Assembly: GCA_003614675.1 (NCBI GenBank)
Contig: ML002263.1
Span: forward strand, 1 to 54,299
Length of the DNA stretch: 54,299 bases
Direction: 5' to 3'
Source of the DNA: Dimargaris cristalligena
Lineage: Eukaryota
The translations under genes were made by a program, and so were the position numbers. The notes under the pieces were generated by a model. That model had not been told where the DNA came from. It was given only the letters and a program-made list of their open reading frames with translations, and did no database searches. Below are positions 1-11,838 of this stretch, in pieces. Within the stretch, counting starts at the first letter, position 1. Each line of letters starts with the position of its first letter.

Positions 1-40
1 GCTCATTCACTCGTCAGGGGCATACTTCCGATAAGTGCGA

Positions 41-1590
41 AAAATAGATAAAAAATAAAAGTAGGTAAAAAATGTGGTAAGTTCACCACAATTACTATAA
101 CTTCTCCTAAAAACATCCAATATTTCTCAATATGGGATAAATTATATTTAATTATTTAATTATCAACACCTGAGACTAGATACAGAAGTATTGGTTTCAC
201 CTGTAAGGAGTAAAATCCTATCAGCAGTACAGGTTAGGAATTTTAGAACAACAGCCTTGAATCATAAAATCATAGTGGCTGCTATATGACACCCCTTCTG
301 TAAAACCCCTACCTATCTGTGTAGGACTATTTTTGGAGTGATTTAAATCAAAGAAGTGGGACCTGATGCACACACTATAAAATTACATAAATCATAGCAA
401 ACATTTAATATTTCAATATTTTGTGGTGGAAAACAAGTGCATCATTTGACATAATGGATCTGAGTAATCAAAATACTGCCTTATTTACTTCAGAATATTT
501 CTAGGTTGGACTTAATATAATTGAGTGTTATTTGAGTAAAATAAGTTCAAGGGATACTCTCTTTAAAAAATTAAGACTTGCTGGTTTTTAATCAGGGGTT
601 TGTAAATAATGAATTCAGTGATAAAAACCTCAACCAACTGGTTTTCACTAGGACTGGGTGTTGCTGACAAGCTTGAGGACCAAGGACTGGGTGATATTAG
701 AGTGGCCAGGGGTGATTTCATAACATATTTACTGGCTAATATTTCATATATATAAATACCTTGTGTAATCTATAGTTGTTTTTACAGTTACCAGTCCTTC
801 CTTTAATGTTTGAACATTATGGCCTACACTGAATTACATTCAGTGCTCCTACTTATCAGCCCACCTAATCCTCCCTAAATATGGGAATAACTGATCATCC
901 CACCTGATCTTACCTTATTATGCCATATTACTCTCCCCTTACTATATAACCCACTATGACCAGGCCCCAACGCTTCTCATGCAATACTCCACCAATTGAT
1001 CTAATGTTCCTCCTTTCTTAGTGGAGTCTTCCGGACGCAAGCCCCCTAGTCAAGGCCCTGCCCCTTGCCTCTTCTTTAGTCATCCCATTGCTCTTAAGGA
1101 CCCCTTGTTATGAGTAGTCCCTACATATAAATAACTGGGCCCCTCTGGGACCAGTTTAGTTCCTTAGCTTATTTCTTACCCCCATAGTTTACCTTAATAA
1201 ACTCATTATATGCTCACCCATTGTATTAGCTAGTAAGTGTGCCTGCTGCATATCCCTTGCATTAGCCTGCACTCATTTTTTACTGGTTAGTACTAATCCC
1301 TCCCTAACACTAGTAGCCCACTTGGCCGAGCCTAAGCCCCACTTACCATTAGAAGCCTATCCCCAGGACTCTTGATGGACTAAGAGTGGTTAACCCAGGT
1401 AACACTACTGAAATAGGTGATAAACTGGGACTGGCCTGAATATTATTTGGCAATTCATTTTAAAAACTTATTATGTTAATAGAGGGGAAAGAAAAAAAAT
1501 CCGCAAAAATATTACTTTCCTTGAAGTAGAAAGGAAAATTTTTCATGTGAAAATGGTTTTCTCTATCTTTCTCCTTCTTTTATTCCTTCC
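41..1590. other. AT-rich, CpG-depleted segment, probably a decayed (methylated/hypermutated) repeat or transposon relic
   Basis: No CG dinucleotide found by eye between ~41 and ~970, and only about five up to ~1590. No long ORF. The rest of the window is CpG-rich. Confidence 0.5.
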
Positions 1591-2547
1591 TACCAGCCGA
1601 ACCTACTTAGTCGATTCTATTTTTCCTATCAAAATTATTATCTGTCGTGTTTCTTTATACACGTGCATGATGACTTTCGGTTATTATAGACTGTGGACTT
1701 GTCCATTGTGTGAAATAAATGTCACCAATAAAATAACAAACGTCAACGGCTTCTATTAACGATCATTGATATTTATGACTATTCCGAATCAAAGGGTGTG
1801 ACAGTTTTGTATGACATACTGGTTGGAGTTTGAGGATATAATAGATCTTCATAATGACCGCCATTATATTCTTCCTTCGCACCTTCAAGTAAAATTGGAT
1901 GACTGGGCTGGTTAATTACTGCCACCCCCTCCTACCGGCTCATCAAATGTGGGCCAAAATGCCGGCGAGGCTTCGCGTACCTGTATGCAGGTATGATTAG
2001 ATAATAGTTGGGTAAGTTATGAGAGGGATGTCTCTGTTCAATCAAGGCAATTCGACTACGCTAGGGGGACTTCCACCTTGCAACCGAGCCCAACGTTTTT
2101 TGTACCGGTATTATGAGCATAGTTAAACCCTAAACCCCGACTATAGTAGTGAAGGGAAGTCAGGGACTAGGGTTAGGGATGCCAGTATTGATTATGCTAT
2201 CCTCACTTAACAACTATAGGCAGCAACTAATGGCCAGAGGTACTTAACAGACGGGCTATATATGCATTCTTAAATTTTATGAACAAAACGAAAACGAGCA
2301 GGTGAAAAACCTCAGTACAAGCGAATTGACCCGTATACTTTCTGATCATGTTACGAGGATCGAAGTTTTTAAATAAAATTTAAACGAAAAAGATAAATAA
2401 AACAGTTGCCCAACCGATCGCCAGCTCAGGGGAGGGGGGTGTTTAGAGCTGGGGTTTACTTTCATCTCCGGGTATACGAGACTACTTAATCCAGAAATAA
2501 TAATATACCAAAATGAGAACAGACAAATTCATACCAGTTGCCTTGAT

Positions 2548-4403
2548 TTAAAAGTCATCCCAGGAATCGTTCCAGTCATTTTTGATATTCGGGGTCGATG
2601 ATTTTTTACTCCGGGCGGTTAAGCTTCCACCAGCAGTCGTACTTCGGACAGTGGGTTTAGGACTGGCGGTCTTGACGGACCCGGCCAACGAGGTGGCCGA
2701 ATCAGTGTCATCCGTCCCAGGGCGCCCTTGGTAGGCTAAACGGGTGGCCTGGGATTTATTGGCCGGTGAAAAGAAGTCATCGAAATCGCTAGTATCACTC
2801 TTAAACGATTCCACCCGTTGGTGGCCTGGCCCTTCGCCGGACATGAGGCCGGCTCGATCGTGATCGGGGTCCTGATTCCCGAAAGCCGTGTAACTACCAC
2901 TCGAGGAGGCCCCCCCTTGGCCAAAATAGGAGTTAATCAGACTGGACCCACGCTGCCCCAAATCCGAGACGTATCCCCGGACGTTATCGGCGAATTGGGG
3001 GTCCTGCACCGTCTCGGTGGCCGGACGGACCACATTTTCGGCAATCTTTTCACCCATCGTACCCGCAATTTCAATAGCTGACTGGGCAGTGCTGGAGAAC
3101 AGGCTCCAACCCTTACTTAGTAGCTGGGAGGGGTCGTTGATTAAGTCTTGGGCCGAAAAAGAACCATTCGCCGACGATGCCGGCTGGGGGGTACTGCCAA
3201 AACCGACATATTTACCACCCTGGCTGGGGGGTAATTCGGCACTTCTGGTCTCGTTGGCCGCACCCAGTTGGGCAAAGTAGTTCTCGTTGCGCGATTTTTG
3301 ATGGCTGAAGGATGATAAGTCATCCTGGGTACCCGTCGAGCGAGGATTGGCCCGGGCGGTCTGTATGGAATTCATGGAAGATTGGGAGCCCGAACGGTTA
3401 ATATGGCCACTGGGGGAGGACATGGTGCGAAGGGGGCCACCGGGCCGCGTACCAGTCTTACGGGGGGCGGAGGTGGGGGTGTAGCTACGCCCCTCGCATT
3501 CGGCATTGAGTTTTTGCCGCCATTGTTCGGCAAAGTCGCTATTGTATTTGTCTTGAATGGACATGCCATTTTCATAGTCGGGCTGGGATTTAAAGAAAGC
3601 CAGGGCCTTCTTATTGCCACCCAGCTGCAATGGTTCAATACAAGGTATGGTACAAAAATTGGGGTACGTGTAGAATCGAAGTTTAGTTGTTATTCGTATG
3701 GGACACTAGGGAATCGAGTAGGGCTAAGGGGGGACAAAGCCAATCCCGGTGGATTCTAGACTTGGGTACTAAGGTAAAATAGACAGAATGGGAGCCTACT
3801 TACCTGCATCCGTTTTACCTGCTCGGCGGACCACTTGTCCATGGACACTGAACGGACAAAGCTGTAGATATGCAATTAAGCACAAGTCAGGGAAAAAAGT
3901 AGATAATTAGAAATGGGCCTATTGAGTTCGGGAGCAACTCGGGTAGTAAGTGGTACAACGGGGGGGGAGAATAGGGAACCAACAGTAAAGTAAGGTATAT
4001 GCGGGGACCAATGAGACTTGCCTTAAATGCACCCCCAGTGACCGGTGAACGCCCGAACATTCGAGGCAAAAGAAGGTGGCGAGGGTCACCGAGGCCCATT
4101 GGGGATTCGGGCCACCGCAATCAATACAGGACTATGATGCCGGGATGTCGCCAGGTAGGTTGCACATAAGAGGAATCGAATAGAGCAATTGGAGGGTAAT
4201 ACATAGGGGGCGGAGAGTTAGATGGGTCGCGGAGAGTATAGGCAGAGGGGGGTCGTTACCCTCGGACGGGGCTAGGGACTCGGCGTTTTCGGATGGAGAG
4301 CGGGAGTACACTGGGACCAGCGGAGTAATTCAGTATTACAACATACCTTGTTGCCATCTACACGCAGTAGGTCGTTGAGTTGGCGCTTGATGGGATCGGA
4401 CAT
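2548..4403 (-). CDS. GCS1: ADP-ribosylation factor GTPase-activating protein (ArfGAP1/Gcs1 type), 4 exons: 4403-4347, 4131-4022, 3861-3804, 3624-2548 (433 aa)
   Basis: The spliced product reads [82 protein letters not shown]. It has the CxxC-x16-CxxC-x4-R zinc finger and the Gcs1 motif [13 protein letters not shown], and ends WDDF. Exon total is 1302 nt, in frame. Confidence 0.93.
3862..4021 (-). other. Non-canonical GC-AG intron (intron 2 of the ArfGAP gene)
   Basis: On the minus strand the junction is CATTTAAG|GCAAGT...TCTACAG|CTTTGTC. This splice restores the conserved GVHLSFVRS motif. Confidence 0.85.
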
Positions 4404-5185
4404 GGTAGGCAAAGGGAACCAAGGAAGGAAAGTGAAACCACGGGAAGGAGAAAGAGCAACCTAGAGAATAGCAAAAGTCAAAAGCGGAGCCAGTAAGGCG
4501 GCGGTGGTGGTTTTGGCTCCGGGGCTCCCGGAAGAGGGGAGACTGGAGGGGGGGCAAAGGATAGATAGGTCGCTCACAGCTCCATCATCCTCACCTATAG
4601 GCATGTAGTGTAGTAGCCGCATTTACACGTGGCCCCCTTGTATTATAACACCTTCTATGCACTGATATTATTTATCTACCTGCCCCACTCGGCATCCTTT
4701 GTTATTTCACACATAGTTCTTGGCCCACTTGGTTACAATATAATAGGCTCGAGTAACAGGGGTGTGGTATATGGTCTATTATATCAGAGAAGGCAGGCTG
4801 GAATAAAACTACTCGATAGCGACATATTAATAAAAACGGGGGTATCTTCTATTCCTGGGGGGGGGTATATAGCAGATGAGCCTATAGTATAGCTAAACCA
4901 GCTATAAACCCTTAATGACGCAGCAGCCCAAGGCAAGAACAGCCACATAACTCGCTAATTAGAGCGGCAATGATGTGTGATTAGGCAGCCACGTTCAGTC
5001 CATACCGAGTTGATTGAGGAGTATTTTTGACCCCCCCCTCTTTTACCCTACCTATACTAAAGCACTTGCCGCCTCGTTTGCCCACCCCTTCTACCTAACA
5101 TTCCTTTTTACCTTTCCTGCTTCTCACTCGCTTACCCCCCATTCCCTTCTATTTATAACCACCCAACAACCCCTTTTTTCCCACC

Positions 5186-5885
5186 ATGAACCCCACCAAG
5201 CCGAAGATTAACGCCAATCCCAAAATCTACGAAACGGCCGGCAAGTCCCAGCGCATCCTCACCGAAACGGAGCAAGACGAAGACTGCCGGGATGATTTCG
5301 ACAGCCAGGAGATCTTTGGTAAGTAGTAGAGTATTACTCTCTATTCTAGAAACAGGAATACTACTAATATAGTATCGACCGCCATGTTCCCATGGGGTGG
5401 GAGGGTATATGCTTGCATGTTCGAATCCCCCCCCCCCTCTTCCCTCTCGAGAACCGTTTAGCCGATTGAGTAACTTACCCTAATTCGCTTGTTCTCGCCG
5501 CTCTCTCCCAATACCACTTTCTATATATTTTTTAGACCTCATTCGCAACATCAATGACCCAGAGCACCCGCTGACCCTCGAGCAGCTGAATGTGACCCAG
5601 TGCAACCACATTGCCGTTGACGACTCGGCCAATTATATTCGGGTAGAATTCACCCCTACGATCCCGCATTGCTCCATGGCCACCCTCATTGGCCTCTGCA
5701 TCCGGGTGCGTCTTCTGCGTAGTCTGCCTGAACGCTTCAAGATTGATATTCGAGTCCGGGAAGGCACCCACCAGTCGGAGAATGCCGTTAACAAGCAGCT
5801 CAACGACAAAGAACGGGTGGCGGCTGCGCTAGAGAACAAACACCTGCTGGAAGTGGTCAACCAGTGCCTCGCGACCGCCGCTTAA
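5186..5885 (+). CDS. CIA2: Cytosolic Fe-S assembly factor Cia2/MIP18/FAM96B, 2 exons: 5186-5318, 5536-5885 (160 aa)
   Basis: NANP start motif; spliced [60 protein letters not shown]...TTTAG intron is in frame. Confidence 0.93.
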
Positions 5886-7326
5886 TACCCTCAAAGACTA
5901 TGTATGCCTACTTTTTCCCGTTATTCTACACCTATACCATGGATTCATTAATATATTGTGTACTATTTAGCAACAACAACTAAAAAAAAAAAAAGAAGCA
6001 ATTGTTTTTCTATAAGTATATGTACTCCCCAGCAGTGTTTCCATTGGGATACCGATGGTTCACAACCCCAATCGAACTGCTTGTCGGGTGCTTAGGGTAG
6101 TGGTTACTTTTATTGGACCGCTAGCCGTATTCTATCATACAATTCCACCTCTCGGTGGTCCCTCATAAAAACCGGTTCAGTTTATAAAACACGAACATGA
6201 TTAAACTGATATATATGTAAAGGAATATGTTCAAGAGAGGTAGGCTAGTTAGTCATCGGGATGCTAGAATGGAACTAGGAAACTAAACCCGGCCATGCTA
6301 GTTACCGCTGGGCGTGGCTGATGCGACCCCCCAGCCCTTTTTACATTCAAAGTGAGTATTCGGGGAGTTGCAGTAGTCTACGCATTATCAACCACAATCA
6401 TGATTAACCTCCGGTTCCGTAATCGCCCATAGCAACATTTTTTTCGTCCAACCACAGTTTGTAGGGCGATGAGGACAAGCGGATCATTGTGAAGATGCCA
6501 CAGGAGGAATAGAGTAGTAAGTAGTGGTGCTGGCTCTACAGAGAGCATCTCAACCGACAATATTATTTCCCAGTCGGCAAGTAATGATTGATACCTCGGA
6601 TGTCAGACGCTGTATTTAAACGCGGGAGAGAGATAACAGACAATGCACAGCCCCCATTATCCAGGCAGGATACATCTTACAGTTAGTTGTACTAGAGGGG
6701 GATAATAATAGACCCTCGATGGTCTTTAGAAGGAGGGGTATATGTAATATTGGCAGGGGTATCCTCCCTCCCTTAGTTTTGGCTTGCATAGCCTGGTTGT
6801 TTCCAATTTCTCCAGACCCCTGGCAGTAGCTGGTTGGTTGATAAACTATTTACCATGGTGACCCACCGTCAGCGAGGAATGCTGGCGTATCGCAATCGAC
6901 AACATCGGGCCAAGGCGGGAGAGAGGGACAACAGTTGGGGGGCTTCTTGTTGTTTCCGTGGCATCATCGCTCCACTGAACCAGTAACGTGGGGCTAGTTG
7001 GCCCGTTTGGTTGGTCCGGTAAGGATGTGGTGGATTTTGTTCGGTATTGGGGACTCCTTTCCTTCCCCACACACCCCCGGCCCGACGTATGAATGAGAGT
7101 ATATACAAATTGGGAGAGCTGTAAAAAAGGGACTACTACCACTTGCCTTGTACAAATGGTCAGACACGCGCGTGGATAAGCGGTTGGTTGGGGTGAGGAC
7201 ATTATGTAGAAGTCGAAAGGGCGTGATGTTGTTGCTGTTATTCGTTGACTTACTAGGTAGACCCACACTAGACTCGCTTTTTACCGACTGGCACATGCCA
7301 TGCTGTCCTCTACATACCCCATATAC

Positions 7327-7460
7327 ATATGGGAGAAGTTCATCCAGGCTGTATAACGAACAATCCAGTAGATGGGGCCAGCATTACTGGTTATAATGGT
7401 TACTCGTGCATACACAAATCATGTAAAACTTTATACAGCTGGCTTGAATTTCACCCATAT
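7327..7460 (+). mobile_element. MITE-like element, copy 1
   Basis: Imperfect ~30 bp TIRs: ATATGGGAGAAGTTCATCCAGGCTGTATAA and TTATACAGCTGGCTTGAATTTCACCCATAT. Homologous to four other loci in the window. Non-coding. Confidence 0.75.
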
Positions 7461-7907
7461 TGATAAGGGGGAGCAGCACAGTCAAACCGCCAGTCCTCCA
7501 CTTCTGCCTGGCCTGGAAACCTTGAAAGCAGAATGGGACAATAAATACGGAATGGCCCGGAGGTTTGGCCCCATCTCCATATCCAGTCGAATCTATCAAC
7601 CTAGCAAGCCACACAGAGATAAGAACGCATATGTCTACTGAGTCGTCCGCGTATGATTTGGATTGGTATTGCCCCAACGTAATCCCCATTCTCCGGAAAA
7701 AAAGCCAAACCAGCCAACCAACGAGGCCGGGGAAATATAGGATACTATTCTCTATTATTATAATCCTCCCCAACCACCCTGAACAAAATAATATATCTAC
7801 TCGAGACCTGCCGCCTCGCTCTCCTTCCCGCTATCTTCTTATTTATTACCTACTGTTCTACGTGTTGTAGTAGCATCCCTTCCTTCCCTTCTTCGATCTC
7901 CTTCATA

Positions 7908-8849
7908 ATGTCGACCACCACCAAGTCCGCCTCCCCCATCGAGCTCTACTCGGGCCGTTACTTCTACACCTGCGGTATGGGCGGGGCCCTGGCCTGCGGT
8001 CTCACCCACGCCTTCGTCACTCCCCTGGATCTGGTCAAGTGCCGTCGCCAGATCGACCCCAAGCTGTACTCCTCCATCTTCGACGGTTGGGCCAAGATCG
8101 GTAAGGCCCAGGGTATCTCCGGTCTGTACACCGGTGTGGGTCCCACTCTGATTGGCTACTCTCTGCAGGGTTCCTTCAAGTACGGTTTCTACGAACTCTT
8201 CAAGTACCAGTACTCGCAGTGGGCCGGTGAGGAGAACTCCTTCAAGTACCGTACCGCCCTGTATCTGGCCGCCTCCGCCTCCGCCGAGGTCATCGCCGAT
8301 GTGGCCCTGTGCCCCTGGGAGGCCCTGAAGGTCCGCATGCAGACCTCCACTACTCCTTTCGCTGCCGGTACCGTCGCCGGTTTCAACAAGATCCTCGCCA
8401 CCGAGGGCGTCAACGGTTTCTTCAAGGGCTTGACCCCCCTGTGGCTGCGCCAGATCCCCTACACCATGATGAAGTTCGCCACCTTTGAGAAGATCGTCGA
8501 AGCCATCTACAGCCAGGCTCTGTCCCGCCCCAAGCACGAGTACAACAAGATGCAGCAGCTCGGTGTCTCGTTCGTCGGTGGTTACCTCGCCGGTATCATC
8601 TGCGCCATCGTCTCCCACCCTGCCGATACCCTGGTCTCCAAGCTGAACAACGTCCCCAAGGCCGCCGGTGAGTCCACCATGCAGCTGTCTTCCCGTATCA
8701 TGAAGGATCTCGGTATGGCCGGTATCTGGCGTGGTCTGGGTGCCCGTATTGTGATGATCGGTACCCTGACTGCCCTGCAGTGGCTCATCTACGACGTCGT
8801 CAAGGTCCAGTTCGGTCTCCCCACCACTGGTTCCACCGAGAAGAAGTAA
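7908..8849 (+). CDS. Mitochondrial phosphate carrier (Mir1/Pic2, SLC25A3 family), intronless, 313 aa
   Basis: Three carrier repeats (PLDLVKCRRQ, PWEALKVRMQ, PADTLVSKLN); CGLTH, GYSLQG, RQIPYTMMKF and RIVMIGTLTALQW motifs; strong codon bias. Confidence 0.95.
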   Translation: MSTTTKSASPIELYSGRYFYTCGMGGALACGLTHAFVTPLDLVKCRRQIDPKLYSSIFDGWAKIGKAQGISGLYTGVGPTLIGYSLQGSFKYGFYELFKYQYSQWAGEENSFKYRTALYLAASASAEVIADVALCPWEALKVRMQTSTTPFAAGTVAGFNKILATEGVNGFFKGLTPLWLRQIPYTMMKFATFEKIVEAIYSQALSRPKHEYNKMQQLGVSFVGGYLAGIICAIVSHPADTLVSKLNNVPKAAGESTMQLSSRIMKDLGMAGIWRGLGARIVMIGTLTALQWLIYDVVKVQFGLPTTGSTEKK

Positions 8850-8850
8850 A

Positions 8851-8872
8851 TCTCTCTCTCTCTCTCTCTCTC
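8851..8872 (+). repeat. (TC)n microsatellite just after the carrier stop codon
   Basis: Visible TCTCTC run of about 11 units. Confidence 0.9.
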
Positions 8873-9676
8873 CACCACTCCCCTTCTCCTTGCACATAAT
8901 CTATAGCTCCTCCTATATTTATTCTCTCTCTCCCGCCCCCTCCCTTCATTAAACGGTCCCGTAGTTGGTTTCTGTGAGAGGAGGGCACGGGGTACAGAGA
9001 GTAAGATAAACGTGATGAGCCCAACCCCCTCTCCCTGTTTCTCTCACTCTGCTCCCACCTATCCACTAATTCGCCCCACACTCTTTGGCCGTATCTGTGT
9101 GTAACGGTCGCTTCAATAGAGCGATAATGAAATTCGCATACGCGTCTGTTTCCGATTTTCGCCGTAGTTTATTTAAATAATACTTTCCCACCATCTCTCC
9201 CTCTTTGAGATTTATTTTTAATCGTTCCTCCAAAAGCCAAATAAAAGAAGGACCCGCCGTTTGAGACTCTATAAGACTCTAGGGAATTCATCCAAACAAC
9301 CTCCTCATTTTTATGTACTTCTCCCTGATTAGGATACTAATATGCCAAAAAGGGCCATGGCACAATATCCATGTATTACTTGGCTATATCGGACGGGTAG
9401 GGTTCGTCGTAATTTATGTAGTTGGGTGAAAACGGATTTGGTGTAGTGATGCAAAGTAGGCTGATGTAAATAATTGGTTTGGTAGTGAGTAGTATGTATG
9501 GGATGTGTCGAAAGGGATAAATGAATGCATGGCCCATAAGCGACATAATAATGCCTCGAATATAATAAAACGTGTAAATTGCTATAAATTGACAAATTGG
9601 CAAAGTAATGTTTTGCGTTGGGTGGGTTAGGGGTGAAGTTACTTAAATACCCTCCCCATGTTATAAGGCGAGTGCA

Positions 9677-10789
9677 CTATGGTTGTCGGGGCTGCTGTTC
9701 GAATATATCTTCCGGGGGAATAAAGTGCTGCATAGCCCACTCCGGAAACTCGCGCTCAATAAAAATAATATGGTCCTCCAGGGCCCTGATCCGATCATAC
9801 TCGGAACCGCTACTATGGGGCTCTATAGCACACATTACGATAGAAAATACCCAATGTAAAGACATTATACCATGGTTAAAAGAAAGAATACGAAATAGTT
9901 CTCCAATAGACATATGGCTACCCTGGGTTAATATAGAACCACGCCGATAAAATGGGTATGTGAGCACACACACACACACACACACGCTATCCCTTTACTT
10001 CTACTTACTAAATGTGAAGTCAATGTGTTCCGCGATATTCTTGATCCGCTCCTCCAGCCCGCTATACCGGTCACCCACCGACGCCTTCGGATTCGCCCGG
10101 GTGCAGTCAGCGCGGTCATTCGGATGGGTGGTAATCGACCGCATCAGCGGGCCATCCTCATTATCCACAATCTGCTGCTTCATTTGTATCGCCCGATTCA
10201 CTTCGCTTAAATCGACCCGGGCACAGGAAATATGGTAAGGATTTCGCGTTTCGGGGCCGAAAAATTCCTGCTGGTTACTTTGGTTGATTTCCTGGCGCTT
10301 CAGGCGGCGGAAATAGTCGATGCGTTGGTCGATTTCCGAACCGGTGGCTTTGACCTGGACTAGGTTGTGCTTCAGGGCTTTTAGGGCCTGGTTCGAGTCG
10401 GCGTCCAGAGGATCGTTGGCATTTGAAGTAGTAGTAGTTGTAGTATTGGACTTGGTTGCTCCGCCCGACGGGATATTATCGCCTTTGGAAGCGGAGGCCT
10501 TTTTGGCGTTACTGCCTGGACTGTCCTGGTGGTGGGATCGTTTGAGTGTCGGTGAGCCTGTTGACGAAGGATGTTGACTGGGGTCGGACTGTGGTTTCCG
10601 AGCGGTTGGGAATTTCTGAACTATGCGCTGCAGCGAAGTCTGGAGTAGGTCGAGTTCCTCCACCAAAATGGCCTGATGGCGTACCGACGAAAAGTTCAGT
10701 AATTCAAATCGAAGGGTGTCAGTTGTCTGGTGCAAACCGAGCCGATCGAGAAAGTCGCACAGGGGGTTGCTCCATTGGGCTATGGACAT
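9677..10789 (-). CDS. MBIP (MAP3K12-binding inhibitory protein)-like protein with a LisH-like N-terminus, 2 exons: 10789-10009, 9822-9677 (308 aa)
   Basis: Blocks LVQVKATGSEIDQRI, KRQEINQSNQQEF, SCARVD, VDNEDGP, LEERIKNIAEH and YDRIRALEDHI match MBIP blocks as I recall them. A GTAAGT...ATAG intron joins ORFs 10001-10897 and 9677-9985 in frame (927 nt). Confidence 0.8.
9965..9985 (+). repeat. (CA)n microsatellite in the intron of the MBIP-like gene
   Basis: CACACA run of about 10 units. Confidence 0.9.
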
Positions 10790-11838
10790 GGCTAAAGTGG
10801 ACTGCCGCTTACAAAGCAAAAGAGAAAGGGGTGTATATGTATGTAAAAGTGGAAAAAAACAGTCGATAGTTAGAAGTTGGTAAATATGGCACGACAATAA
10901 AATAAAATATATAAAAAGGGTGAGATGACCTACAGCTTAGAGAAGCCCGGGGAATGGGAGTTGGAGACTCAACAGGGAGAGGGGATCCAGGAGATCGGAA
11001 TATGCTTTGGCTTTGGCTGGGCCCATGGGACTGAAGTTTAATAAGGGTTAATTATCCAACACGCTTGCTGCCATTTTTCTGTGGTGCATTTTTTTAAAGG
11101 ATTGTATGGGTCACACTGCCATTCAGTATTAGTGAGAGCACACCAGTCACTTAAATAGGGTGCTTTTTTCCATATTACTATTATACCCGTCGCGGATATA
11201 ACCCCAATCCCAAGCAGTATATAATATGGGAAAGGTGAGGTGGGAGGGAGGGGGTTAGGGTTAAACCAAGTGCCATTAATGGCGTTTTATATCCTCAATT
11301 AAGCTGGTTTGTTGCACAGGCGATTGAATTGGGTAATATAATGGTTTGCTTCCAGTATAAGTTAAGTATATGTGATTTCCCCGTCCCCGGCACGCTCTTT
11401 CCCCTCAGGGTATATTGTGTAAGTTGGGGGTGAAGAAGCGCTTCTCCCTAATATTACTTACTAGCCACCACACGTTGCTTTAACATACCCCAAGCCTCTT
11501 TCGAGTAAAGCGAGTTGCGTAAGCCATGCTTCATTCTAATTTAATTATTCCTCTATACTCAAGAATATAATATAAAACCTCTGAAACTCCCGCACTTGGT
11601 TATACGAGAAAGATACCCTCTTCCCCAAGTCCCTTCTCGTCCAACCCCCTGCCTGGGGCCGTGTATAGCTCTATGAATGGGCTGATGCTAACCGCTATTA
11701 ACTCTCCTCCCCAAAATGGCTCCTTTTTGGTAATACTCAACCACCGCGAACTTCCTCCATTCCCCTATTGTTTCGTTTAATATCTATAACCTTCGACTCG
11801 GTGGGCTTCCCATTCGCCGTTTCCATTCCTCGCCGACA

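Noticed and set aside
2122..2180. Telomere-like AAACCCTAAACCC ... TAGGGTTAGGG with a weak inverted repeat
   Set aside because: Only 1-2 units and imperfect pairing. Not a telomeric array.
7839..8897. 352-aa antisense ORF over the phosphate carrier, and similar antisense ORFs over CDC48 (51361-52407) and CDC55
   Set aside because: An expected by-product of strong C-ending codon bias, which removes stops on the opposite strand. No recognisable protein.
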